Positions 10,063 to 16,895 of a stretch of 20,000 nucleotides of DNA are shown piece after piece. The translations under genes and the position numbers were made by a program. The notes under the pieces were generated by a model that was not told the origin of the DNA, did no database searches, and saw only the letters and a list, made by a program, of their open reading frames with translations. The stretch's first letter is position 1. Every line of letters starts with the position of its first letter. Source of the stretch: an uncultured virus (IMG/VR IMGVR_UViG_3300020438_000023) (Duplodnaviria; Heunggongvirae; Uroviricota; Caudoviricetes; Kyanoviridae); IMG/VR virus record IMGVR_UViG_3300020438_000023, positions 58,563 through 78,562 of that record; one strand, 5' to 3'.

Positions 10063-11979
10063 TTAATTTCTGATTAGGTTCTCCGCGAAGTCAAAGTAAC
10101 TAGAACTCCTAATATATGTAGCGCCCGACAGATCACTTCCTGAGGAAATTCGATCTACAATAGCATTAATATCACTATTTGAAACATCTAGTTGTAAATA
10201 TAAATCTTGTAGTCCAATAATATCATTAGATTCAGGAGATGCTGATATTTCAATCAGTGGACTTCCATTCAGATCTTTAACTGTTGATTCAATTTGAATA
10301 TTGAAAAGCATAATTTCACCTTTATCATAATCTATAGATCCGACTTGTCTTGCGACTTGACTATCATTATCACCAGTTAGTCTGAACGCGACTACTTTTC
10401 CTGTAACACCATCATCACTTGGAATATCTCCCAAGTACACCACTCCATCAATACCATCTAGAGTAAATCCACTAGATCTAATATTATAGTTTGTTTGTTC
10501 ATGAAGAACTCTAATTGGATTTCCAAAACAAATTTCATAAGTAGCAACAGAATTAGTAGTTGTTACTAAATCTCTTCTCATCTGAATATTGGTTATATTA
10601 GATTCAACAGAACGATGCGTATTATCAATTAAATTACTAACTCTACTATACTTAAATCTTGTTCCTATACCGTTCATTTCTGAAGATTTAGAATAACTAT
10701 TCAAATTATCAGTAACTAAACTTTGTAGAGCCGCTGCTGAAGAAATTTTAGCAGGATCGAAATAAACTTGAGATTCAATTTCAATAAACAAGAATTTCAT
10801 ATCAACGATAGATACGTCTACACCTGTAACAGCATAACTTCTTATATTTGTTACCAAATTTCTTTTATCCAAATCAGTCATGTATTGACTGTACTTGGGT
10901 TTGATTGCTATAAAAACTCTTCCATATTCTGGTGGTTCTAAAGTTTCTCCACCGTATGCGGAAACAATTTCAGCCTCTGGGTAGATAGAAGGAACAATTG
11001 CTTCATAGTCTGCTGAAGTAACTGCTCTATTCTGTGCTTGATAAACCTTTGTTGAATACTTTTTAATAGAATCAATTGACTCAATTTCTTCACCAAAAAT
11101 AGCTGGCGCTATAGTTTCTAAAGGACTAATACCTGAAGTAATCACTCTTCCATCATTATCAGTTACATTACCGGCAAAACTAAATCCTCTTACACCATTA
11201 CCAGTTGCTCCATTACTCATTACATAGGAAACATCAACAACATTTCCGGGTTCTAAAGATTTACCAAAAATATTATCACCAAAAATTAACTCATATCTTT
11301 GGTCTTGTACTTCTTGTATGAAGAAAACGTTTGCAGATCCTTTCGCCTCAAATAAATTATTAATTAACTTGAAACTATTTCCTCCAGTAGATACTGAATT
11401 ATTCCTTACTTTTACTGATAATGACGTTGTATCTACATTTGGGTTATTCAGAATAATACGAGGATCTTCAATTGTAGGATCATAAGTATGCGACTCTTCT
11501 ACAACAATACCCTCTAGTATCTCAACATCTGCAAACAATGCAGTATTTCCTGTTACTGGAACTGTAACATCGTTTGTAATTACAAATGTTGCAGTTCTAG
11601 TACCAACATTAGATTGAGATACTGCAACCAATCCACTCTTTAATGTTACAGTAACTGGTTTGGTTACTAATTCATCAAATGTTACTACAAACGAAACTAC
11701 TGCTCTTGCCGATCTTTTTGGTCTCGGTACATATCCAATATTTCTAGCGAGAGAAACAACATTTTCTCTTAGTGTTGCACTATCGATAAAAACTTCGTTA
11801 CTAATCATGTTAGCATTGAACGAAGCAATATACGTGTTATATGCAAGCGTATCAATTAAAACCGAAAGATTAGATCCTTCAAAGTCATAATCAGTGAATG
11901 TTGAGTTTGATTTTAAATGATCAATGATTGATTTCTTGATCTGTGAAAAATCTAGATTTGAAAAATTTACTAAAGACAT
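10063..11979 (-). CDS. gp6: Baseplate wedge subunit gp6
   Basis: 638 aa. Carries the T4 gp6 family motifs LDFxxIK..FTDYDFEGSNLSVLIDTLAYNT and QNRAVTSADYE...PPEYGRVFIAIKP. Confidence 0.95.
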   Translation of the reverse strand: MSLVNFSNLDFSQIKKSIIDHLKSNSTFTDYDFEGSNLSVLIDTLAYNTYIASFNANMISNEVFIDSATLRENVVSLARNIGYVPRPKRSARAVVSFVVTFDELVTKPVTVTLKSGLVAVSQSNVGTRTATFVITNDVTVPVTGNTALFADVEILEGIVVEESHTYDPTIEDPRIILNNPNVDTTSLSVKVRNNSVSTGGNSFKLINNLFEAKGSANVFFIQEVQDQRYELIFGDNIFGKSLEPGNVVDVSYVMSNGATGNGVRGFSFAGNVTDNDGRVITSGISPLETIAPAIFGEEIESIDSIKKYSTKVYQAQNRAVTSADYEAIVPSIYPEAEIVSAYGGETLEPPEYGRVFIAIKPKYSQYMTDLDKRNLVTNIRSYAVTGVDVSIVDMKFLFIEIESQVYFDPAKISSAAALQSLVTDNLNSYSKSSEMNGIGTRFKYSRVSNLIDNTHRSVESNITNIQMRRDLVTTTNSVATYEICFGNPIRVLHEQTNYNIRSSGFTLDGIDGVVYLGDIPSDDGVTGKVVAFRLTGDNDSQVARQVGSIDYDKGEIMLFNIQIESTVKDLNGSPLIEISASPESNDIIGLQDLYLQLDVSNSDINAIVDRISSGSDLSGATYIRSSSYFDFAENLIRN

Positions 11980-12393
11980 TTATCTTAAGGGTTGGAATAC
12001 AAACTCTAATACTTGTTGATCAGCATCTAGTCCCACTATTCTGAATAGTATCCTAATCGATATAGAACTACCTTCAACATCAGGAGTAACTTGAACTGCA
12101 CCTGGGTCTAATTTAACACGAGGTTCATATTGTAATATTGTTTGAGTAATTTCAGATTGTAAAACATCTATTGAGTTTTCATCAAGAAAATTTTCAAATA
12201 AAAGATTATTTACGTCACACCCAAGATCAGGCTCAAAGAATCGCTCTCCCCTTAATGTAGTAACTAGATTTCTAATAGACCTAGTTATAGCTCTTTCATT
12301 AACTAATGTCGTTACATCATCTGTTGCTGGGTTTTTAACAAATGATAAACTAATATCTTTAAAAGATCTAGATGTCCGCGATTCTAACGGCAT
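11980..12393 (-). CDS. gp25: Baseplate wedge subunit gp25
   Basis: 137 aa. FKDISLSF, AITRSIRNLVTT.RGERFFEPDLG and YEPRV are gp25/GPW signatures; directly upstream of gp6. Confidence 0.95.
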   Translation of the reverse strand: MPLESRTSRSFKDISLSFVKNPATDDVTTLVNERAITRSIRNLVTTLRGERFFEPDLGCDVNNLLFENFLDENSIDVLQSEITQTILQYEPRVKLDPGAVQVTPDVEGSSISIRILFRIVGLDADQQVLEFVFQPLR

Positions 12394-12414
12394 TTATTTT
12401 GAGCATAATATGTT

Positions 12415-12422
12415 TATTTATT
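12415..12422 (-). promoter_or_regulatory. T4-like late promoter (AATAAATA) for the gp25-gp6-gp7 operon
   Basis: Matches the NATAAATA gp55-type late consensus about 20 nt upstream of the gp25 ATG. Confidence 0.7.
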
Positions 12423-12429
12423 ACCTATT

Positions 12430-12591
12430 TTACTCATAAAGTGTTTCTGGTTCACTTTCATCGGTAAAAATTTCACTTTCTTTGTGGATATTTGTCTTTT
12501 TGGGGTCTTTATCATCATTAAGTATTTCACGAATCAGTTTCTCATGCTGCCTTGTTGCTAAATTATCCAAAAAATCGTTTTCAAATAACAT
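12430..12591 (-). CDS. Small acidic hypothetical protein (53 aa), not in ORF track
   Basis: MLFENDFLDNLATRQHEKLIREILNDDKDPKKTNIHKESEIFTDESEPETLYE*, with an AAGGAG Shine-Dalgarno upstream and an AATAAATA motif at 12609-12616. Confidence 0.75.
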   Translation of the reverse strand: MLFENDFLDNLATRQHEKLIREILNDDKDPKKTNIHKESEIFTDESEPETLYE

Positions 12592-12611
12592 ATTTTTCTC
12601 CTTTTTTATAT

Positions 12612-13283
12612 TTATTGAGTATTATCTTCCTCTTCTTTGCGTTCTTTTGATGTTTTCCAGAAATATTCATCTTCACGACCCATACCAAGTCGATCGAAAC
12701 CATTCTCTACACTATAATATTCAGTCGAAACTTTAAAATCAGGCATTTTTGGCTCTTCTGGAGTCAATGAGTTGTCGAAAATGCGTAATCTATTGTTTGG
12801 ATACAGTGCATATTGACCATTATCAAGTTCAATTAGGTTATGAGACTTGTGTTCTGCAGGATTTTCACTAGTAGCATAATCAATTGCATCTGGGTCTTGG
12901 TGATAGTTGTCTATTGTACAAACATAAGTGCCTTTTTGAATCCCATGATCGCGTGTATAGCACTCAAAATCCATACTTCCAATAAATTGCTTAGTGACCG
13001 CTACAACCCCGTAATCCATGCAATTCCAAAATTGTAGGTTAGGTAACGACATATCAGGTTCGGGCGCTTCCGGGCGCGATAAGAAGGCACTGATGGGCAA
13101 TTTGTCGTACATTGCAGCATACTCTGGTAAATATGTTTCAAAGTAAAATGCTCTTCCAGGAATACTCTTACAACTGACCCATACACCTTTTACATATTCC
13201 CCATGACCACTCTGATGATCAGTTAGATATTCTTTTCGGACCCATACTTCAACAGACGGTAGATTACAAATCAAAGCAGCCAT
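12612..13283 (-). CDS. Hypothetical protein (223 aa) of a type seen in cyanomyoviruses
   Basis: Long ORF in operon orientation, preceded by an ACTAAATA late-like motif. I recognise no function. Confidence 0.85.
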   Translation of the reverse strand: MAALICNLPSVEVWVRKEYLTDHQSGHGEYVKGVWVSCKSIPGRAFYFETYLPEYAAMYDKLPISAFLSRPEAPEPDMSLPNLQFWNCMDYGVVAVTKQFIGSMDFECYTRDHGIQKGTYVCTIDNYHQDPDAIDYATSENPAEHKSHNLIELDNGQYALYPNNRLRIFDNSLTPEEPKMPDFKVSTEYYSVENGFDRLGMGREDEYFWKTSKERKEEEDNTQ

Positions 13284-13311
13284 AGTGACACTTTCCGGTG
13301 GAGTTTCCGGT

Positions 13312-13319
13312 TATTTAGT
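13312..13319 (-). promoter_or_regulatory. Late promoter variant (ACTAAATA)
   Basis: Lies just downstream of a terminator and about 30 nt upstream of the ATG at 13283. The identical 8-mer occurs at 14488-14495. Confidence 0.6.
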
Positions 13320-13332
13320 TTTAATACCCAAT

Positions 13333-13355
13333 AAAAAAGCGCCCCGTAGGACGCT
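13333..13355 (-). terminator. Rho-independent terminator with cUACGg (UNCG) tetraloop
   Basis: Minus strand reads AGCGTCC-TACG-GGGCGCT-TTTTT immediately after the stop at 13363. Confidence 0.85.
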
Positions 13356-13362
13356 CTGAATA

Positions 13363-13503
13363 TTACTTACCTTGACCTCGATAAACTTTCTTTTTGTTAT
13401 TACGAGAAGTAGCAGAATACTTAGTGTGTTTTCCATTACCTTGCCGAGATTTCTTAGGAGTTGCCTCGATAATATCTTTATCAGCATTAAAACGTACAGC
13501 CAT
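13363..13503 (-). CDS. Small basic peptide ending in YRGQGK (46 aa), not in ORF track
   Basis: MAVRFNADKDIIEATPKKSRQGNGKHTKYSATSRNNKKKVYRGQGK*, with a GAGG SD upstream and a terminator directly downstream. Confidence 0.85.
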   Translation of the reverse strand: MAVRFNADKDIIEATPKKSRQGNGKHTKYSATSRNNKKKVYRGQGK

Positions 13504-13505
13504 AA

Positions 13506-13667
13506 TTAATCCTCAAATACTTGTTCTAATTTAATGTTCATAGGGTCGAGTGAAGCAGCAGGATCTTCATAGTATGCATCCGCATATAATTGCATTAATT
13601 CTGCTGCCGACTCAGGGGAGATGCCCTTTTGTAAAAGTACTCCCTCATAATATATGTTATACAACAT
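13506..13667 (-). CDS. Small acidic hypothetical protein (53 aa), not in ORF track
   Basis: MLYNIYYEGVLLQKGISPESAAELMQLYADAYYEDPAASLDPMNIKLEQVFED*. The start overlaps the upstream stop (TAATG coupling). Confidence 0.75.
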   Translation of the reverse strand: MLYNIYYEGVLLQKGISPESAAELMQLYADAYYEDPAASLDPMNIKLEQVFED

Positions 13668-14452
13668 TAGATAACACGCATCTTTTCATGTCCAACACGA
13701 ATCCGAGGATCACACCAAATCTCAAATCCTTCTTCTTTTGCATCTAGACAGAATGAAACATCCTCTCCACACATATCTTGTACTGCACCAGACTCAAAGA
13801 CTTGCATCTTAGGAGCAAACCAAGGATACTCAAGATTCTCGAATACACCTTTCTTGATAAGTACCCAACCAAAACCTGTGTAATCAACTGTGAATGGTTT
13901 CTTACGCTTAGCCATGGTATCAGATGTCTCATGATTCATCACACCACCATTGTTACGGAAATCATCTTCCTCTAACCAGTGTGCAACAGATGAAGTCTTA
14001 CCATCTTCTGTAAGATACCATCCAGAAACAATCTCTTTCTCGTCACCAGCACCTTCTGCAGGATTTGCTAGATCACATAGTTGCCAGAACTTCTCAGTGT
14101 TGAATACAATATCACTATCGATCCATAGTTGATAGTCATAAGGTAACTTACCATCCCAGGGAATCTGCTTAGGACCACGTAGAACGTTTGCACCTAAACA
14201 CTTGCATCTTGCAAAGTTAACCATTGAACTATAGTCTTGACTAATCTGAATACTCAGACCACTCTGTACTAAATCAAAACATAGTTGTACGAATGCTTTC
14301 AGAAAAGTATATGAACATCCTCTTCCAGGTAGACAGAATACAATAGTCTTACCTTTCATTCTTGCTTTAATTGCATCATAATCCCATTCGGGACCTGCTG
14401 CTTTCTTTGCTACCTTTGGAGTAGCAGCCTTTACGGTAAATCCTTTAGCCAT
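13667..14452 (-). CDS. GT-A fold (family 2-like) glycosyltransferase
   Basis: 261 aa. DxD motif (LWIDSDI), TGFGWVLIKKGVFE, GEDVSFC and C-terminal DPRIRVGH. Confidence 0.75.
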   Translation of the reverse strand: MAKGFTVKAATPKVAKKAAGPEWDYDAIKARMKGKTIVFCLPGRGCSYTFLKAFVQLCFDLVQSGLSIQISQDYSSMVNFARCKCLGANVLRGPKQIPWDGKLPYDYQLWIDSDIVFNTEKFWQLCDLANPAEGAGDEKEIVSGWYLTEDGKTSSVAHWLEEDDFRNNGGVMNHETSDTMAKRKKPFTVDYTGFGWVLIKKGVFENLEYPWFAPKMQVFESGAVQDMCGEDVSFCLDAKEEGFEIWCDPRIRVGHEKMRVI

Positions 14453-14475
14453 AAGTGAATAAAAACCTCAATTCA

Positions 14476-14504
14476 ATTCTAACGCTTTATTTAGTGTAAG
14501 TCAA
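14476..14504 (-). promoter_or_regulatory. Sigma70-like promoter with a late motif embedded in its spacer
   Basis: TTGACT-17nt-TAGAAT; the spacer contains ACTAAATA (14488-14495). Confidence 0.7.
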
Positions 14505-14689
14505 TAACTTGCTTCCTCATATTGGGAAACTGTAACCTCTTCGTATGATAAGTCATTGAGATTGTAGTTAGACTTCATTAACCCTACAAGAGCACATACA
14601 GTATCCCATGTAGTCTTAAATTCTTCTTCGTCAATGCAATCTAATATGCATTGATCTTTTGCATATATGTGAAAAACCTTTTCGTCCAT
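14501..14689 (-). CDS. Hypothetical protein (62 aa)
   Basis: ORF with GGAG SD and its own consensus promoter upstream. Confidence 0.8.
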   Translation of the reverse strand: MDEKVFHIYAKDQCILDCIDEEEFKTTWDTVCALVGLMKSNYNLNDLSYEEVTVSQYEEASY

Positions 14690-14734
14690 TTTTACACTCC
14701 GGATATTTTTTAACTAGTGGGGTTTTCAAAACAC

Positions 14735-14763
14735 ATTATATATCAGCAACCTATTCTAGTCAA
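14735..14763 (-). promoter_or_regulatory. Near-consensus sigma70 promoter
   Basis: TTGACT-17nt-TATAAT, with the -35 inside the inverted repeat TATTCTA-N6-TAGAATA (14752-14771). Confidence 0.8.
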
Positions 14764-14921
14764 TTAGAATACTAAAAATTTTTTTATTGAACTCGGTATC
14801 TCTCTCGCGTTTTCGGTTCGTTGTAGGTTAGGGTAGTTAGGCGTTTTTAATTAAGGGCGGCATTATATAACATTTTATACACACGCATAACTGCTGTTAA
14901 GTGTTAACGAATACGAATAGC

Positions 14922-14949
14922 AAAAAAGAGGACTGTTAGACAGTCCCCC
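14922..14949 (-). terminator. Rho-independent terminator
   Basis: Minus strand GGGGGACTGT-CTA-ACAGTCCTCTTTTTT just after the stop at 14961. Confidence 0.85.
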
Positions 14950-14960
14950 TTATTCGTGTC

Positions 14961-15707
14961 TCAGTAACTAATAGTCTCAGCGGCACAATTGTCTAAAAGA
15001 TTTTTAACTTTATCTTGCTGTAGCTTCATCACAATGCTGCTATTCTTGTTTGCTTTGCTGTTACCTAAGAAAGCATTGATTCCATTATTCGATGTGATTC
15101 TCAAGCGTAATCCGCAATCGATTACATTGCCTTCCTGAGTTACAAAGTATATGCTTCTAGAAGATTTGCCGCTACCCTTGAGAACAATCTGAGCGCGATC
15201 GTTCAGAAGTTTAACAACAGGGTGCTGCGCTACTTTGAATCGATAAAGGTTGCAATCCTCTGTGTCGTTGATAACAACATCCATATCCTTATGTGAATCA
15301 AACTCTTTGATAAGGATATCTCTCAGGTCATCATAATCAATGCTATCTAAAGCTAACTCACAAAGGCGGTTAAAGCTATCGCGCATCTTTAAAATAAACT
15401 CTTCGTCGCAGCGGATTGATGTAGGTAACTGACGGAGTTCCTTCATGTTAGATAGGAACAGCACAAAGGTATCACCCAGAGCAGCATTGTGCGCTGTAGT
15501 GTTAAACCAATCAAATGAGCCGTTGTTGATACCTTTCTTGCGCTTTATGCTGATTTTGTTATCACCAGCAATTGCGTCTTCTTTAAGCTTAGTACCGCCG
15601 CGCTTCTCTACAGTTTCGCTATAGAGATTAAGGTCGTTAAGTAAAGCTACCGTGTTTGCCTCGTTAGCAACACCATCGCGATGAACTTGGCCAGTTGTGT
15701 TAAACAT
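14961..15707 (-). CDS. Putative PD-(D/E)xK restriction endonuclease-like protein
   Basis: N-terminal G..NE helix, then GGTKLKED and ISIK, resembling the E / D / SxK catalytic arrangement of MspI-like type II enzymes. ATG at 15707 is preferred over the GTG at 15719. The ORF is solid; the function is tentative. Confidence 0.5.
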   Translation of the reverse strand: MFNTTGQVHRDGVANEANTVALLNDLNLYSETVEKRGGTKLKEDAIAGDNKISIKRKKGINNGSFDWFNTTAHNAALGDTFVLFLSNMKELRQLPTSIRCDEEFILKMRDSFNRLCELALDSIDYDDLRDILIKEFDSHKDMDVVINDTEDCNLYRFKVAQHPVVKLLNDRAQIVLKGSGKSSRSIYFVTQEGNVIDCGLRLRITSNNGINAFLGNSKANKNSSIVMKLQQDKVKNLLDNCAAETISY

Positions 15708-15726
15708 AGTGATCGACACTGAGTAA

Positions 15727-15755
15727 AGAGAAATAAGGGGGTTTAGGTCCCCCTC
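15727..15755 (-). terminator. Probable terminator hairpin
   Basis: Minus strand AGGGGG-ACCTAAA-CCCCCT followed by an imperfect U-rich tail (TATTTCTCTTT). Confidence 0.55.
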
Positions 15756-15770
15756 TGACCTGGTAGAACC

Positions 15771-16085
15771 TCAGGCGAGGCGCATCCCTGAGAAGAAAGG
15801 AACCTTACCGCCCTCCTGCTGAACAAACCAATCGAAGGACTTAGCGAAGACCCGCTCACCTGGAAGACCGTTCTCTGACAGGATCGCATTCAAGCGGCTC
15901 TTTGTGGTTGTGGATTGGAAACCGCCGTCAAACAACTGGATCCAACCCTCACCGATCTTGGCGATCAGGTTGCCGTGTAGGCGAACCTCAGCCACTTCTG
16001 CATCGAAGGTCACTGCAGTATTAGCGGAGCTCCAGTTGGTGCCGTTTGCGATAGCGGCGTTCATCTGGGTTTCGATCTTACGCAT
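15771..16085 (-). CDS. Early hypothetical protein (104 aa, MRKIETQMNAAI...)
   Basis: Start moved from 16301 to the ATG at 16085 because a promoter lies at 16114-16170 and the extension overlaps another gene. The HGNLIA and TTKSRLNA motifs are of a kind common in phage early proteins. Confidence 0.85.
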   Translation of the reverse strand: MRKIETQMNAAIANGTNWSSANTAVTFDAEVAEVRLHGNLIAKIGEGWIQLFDGGFQSTTTKSRLNAILSENGLPGERVFAKSFDWFVQQEGGKVPFFSGMRLA

Positions 16086-16113
16086 TTGAAGTGGGTTGGT
16101 TGCTGATGTTTTA

Positions 16114-16170
16114 ATTATAGGGCCCCATGGGGCGGAATCAATGGCGCAGTGGCCAGTTAGATCACTGGCC
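16114..16170 (-). promoter_or_regulatory. Early promoter with upstream palindromic motif
   Basis: GGCCAGT-N6-ACTGGCC perfect inverted repeat, then TTGATT-16nt-TATAAT. Confidence 0.8.
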
Positions 16171-16320
16171 GAAAAGACCGTCGATCGTCTCTCCAATGGT
16201 CTTAGCCTTCGAAGGCTCAACGACCTCGGACATGGAGTCAAGAGAATTTGCAGCAAACTGCCGCGCCTCGGTGCTGTTCCAGAAGAGGACGCCAACGACA
16301 ACGATCAGAAGGATTTTCAT
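16162..16320 (-). CDS. Small membrane-anchored or secreted hypothetical protein (52 aa), not in ORF track
   Basis: MKILLIVVVGVLFWNSTEARQFAANSLDSMSEVVEPSKAKTIGETIDGLFGQ*. Hydrophobic N-terminus; GAGGA SD and promoter motif upstream. Confidence 0.75.
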   Translation of the reverse strand: MKILLIVVVGVLFWNSTEARQFAANSLDSMSEVVEPSKAKTIGETIDGLFGQ

Positions 16321-16346
16321 GGGGTGGTGTTCCTCTCAACATGGCC

Positions 16347-16404
16347 AATATAGGGCCTAACGCAACCGATTGGCGGAAAGGTGGCCAGCCACTCAACCGT
16401 CCAC
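16347..16404 (-). promoter_or_regulatory. Early promoter with upstream bipartite motif (weak -35)
   Basis: GTGGACGGT-N6-GCTGGCCA, 29 nt upstream of a TATATT -10. Confidence 0.65.
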
Positions 16405-16425
16405 CCTAGTAAATGTTATTAACTA

Positions 16426-16593
16426 TCACCAAACTTCCTTAGAATCTTCTACATAAACCTCCACATTCTCATTCCCTTGAAGATCAAACAACCTGGTATA
16501 ATCGATGTTTCGTGCTTCAAAATCATTGTAAACATCGAACTCCAAAGTAACACGTACTCTTTGCTTTTGCGCGGTCTGATGTGCTGTAGGCAT
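16426..16593 (-). CDS. Small hypothetical protein (55 aa), not in ORF track
   Basis: MPTAHQTAQKQRVRVTLEFDVYNDFEARNIDYTRLFDLQGNENVEVYVEDSKEVW*, directly downstream of a consensus promoter. Confidence 0.75.
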   Translation of the reverse strand: MPTAHQTAQKQRVRVTLEFDVYNDFEARNIDYTRLFDLQGNENVEVYVEDSKEVW

Positions 16594-16618
16594 GAGAGGC
16601 GAGAAGGTGACTGGATTA

Positions 16619-16647
16619 ATTATACTGACTCAGAGGGTATAAGTCAA
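16619..16647 (-). promoter_or_regulatory. Near-consensus sigma70 promoter
   Basis: TTGACT-17nt-TATAAT; a CATAAATA late-like motif lies further upstream at 16655-16662. Confidence 0.8.
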
Positions 16648-16683
16648 GTGAAAGTATTTATGAGAAAATATAAAAAAATCCGG

Positions 16684-16712
16684 TTGACTTTTTGCGGAGA
16701 TCGTGATAGTCT
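16684..16712 (+). promoter_or_regulatory. Divergent plus-strand sigma70-like promoter
   Basis: TTGACT-17nt-TAGTCT with extended -10 TGn and an upstream A-tract (UP-like). No credible ORF follows it. Confidence 0.6.
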
Positions 16713-16803
16713 GCTCGCTAAGATCACAAGAACTGAGAGGATTAAAAGGTGCTTAAAAGGTCTCTTAAGTACCTTCGGAGACACTACAGATACCCTTCCT
16801 AGG

Positions 16804-16824
16804 TATTCCACAGGGTTTTCCACA
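16804..16824 (+). repeat. Two tandem DnaA-box-like 9-mers
   Basis: TATTCCACA (16804-16812) and TTTTCCACA (16816-16824), each followed by G. TTTTCCACA is the cyanobacterial DnaA-box consensus. Confidence 0.5.
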
Positions 16825-16895
16825 GACTGTTAATAAACGCTCATATATGTTTATAAAGCCTTTTTTAATTGATTTTTAATGTTTTTTAGTATATT

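Noticed and set aside
11660..14132. Short ORFs at 11660, 12482, 12840, 13001, 13550, 13744, 13778 and 13950
   Set aside because: They overlap better-supported genes in antisense or alternative frames.
14828..14841. TTAGGG telomere-like or G-quadruplex motif
   Set aside because: There is only one exact TTAGGG and too few G-runs for a canonical quadruplex; the stretch is kept only as part of the skewed element.
16086..16301. N-terminal 72-aa extension of the 176-aa ORF in the track
   Set aside because: It spans a promoter and overlaps a separate 52-aa gene; the ATG at 16085 is the better start.
15904..16833. Plus-strand ORFs at 15904, 16096, 16127 and 16477
   Set aside because: They are antisense to promoter-supported minus-strand genes and run across promoter elements.
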